This document shows, piece by piece, positions 63,684 through 64,000 of a stretch of 64,000 nt of DNA. The notes beneath the pieces were generated by a model that was not told the DNA's origin, ran no database searches, and was given only the letters and a program-made list of their open reading frames with translations. The translations under genes were made by a program, and so were the position numbers. How positions within the stretch are numbered: the stretch's first letter is position 1; the number at the start of each line of letters is the position of its first letter. The DNA is from Nemertoderma westbladi (lineage: Eukaryota > Animalia > Xenacoelomorpha), in assembly GCA_032718475.1 (NCBI GenBank), contig JAUCBJ010008438.1, positions 1-64,000 on the forward strand, given 5' to 3'.

Positions 63684-64000
63684 TACATATATTAATAACT
63701 TATATAAACGAGAACAATAATAGTAAGTAATAAAACACCACCACCGTTATAAATAGTATCGATTATATGCGTGGGTGGGGTTTTTCACGCGATAAAACCG
63801 AGCAATTATAGAAACCGGCACTCTTTAAAACCTAACATCAATAATTAAGAACGCAAATCCACGTTTAAAAAACCAAACGAGATCCCACAGGACAAACCTA
63901 CAAAATTTCGAAATTATTCAAAAATGAAACTTTTAATTTTTCGAAAAATTTTATGAAATTTCTAATTAAATATTACTACCCAAATTACTAATAAAATTCA

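Larger units (their letters stand above)
54011..64000 (-). mobile_element. Maverick/Polinton endogenous virus, one terminus plus morphogenesis/integrase module; continues beyond window
   Basis: Terminal AGTAGT at 54011; subterminal repeats; co-oriented intronless protease, MCP, two mCP, integrase and ATPase genes. pPolB not in window. Confidence 0.93.

Noticed and set aside
31651-64000. Functional link between the ZNFX1-PARP gene and the Maverick
   Set aside because: 17 kb apart with unrelated TEs and MRPL22 between; proximity alone is uninformative in a TE-rich eukaryote.

Overview
AT-rich, transposon-dense eukaryotic (invertebrate-like) genomic DNA with spliceosomal GT-AG introns; no prokaryotic operons or CRISPR. 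Three host genes: a 3-exon dihydrolipoamide dehydrogenase (DLD, minus strand), a single-ORF ZNFX1-like SF1 helicase/NFX1 zinc-finger protein fused to a C-terminal degenerate PARP-like domain (31651-36996), and a single-ORF MRPL22. Mobile DNA: (i) the probable 3' part of an LTR element (1-5175) carrying about 23 tandem hairpins and an 826-aa ORF combining a DEDDy 3'-5' exonuclease with three CCHC zinc knuckles; (ii) a complete GalEa-type Copia element with identical 210-bp LTRs, interrupted by an RTE LINE; (iii) a second RTE copy, a decayed CR1/L2-type LINE with a 34-bp tandem tail, a tRNA-derived SINE and several MITEs; (iv) an 8.4-kb 36/39-bp satellite with higher-order structure; (v) about 10 kb from one end of a Maverick/Polinton endogenous virus (protease, major capsid, two minor capsids, integrase, packaging ATPase) running off the window end. 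All calls come from motif recognition by eye; no database searches were run.
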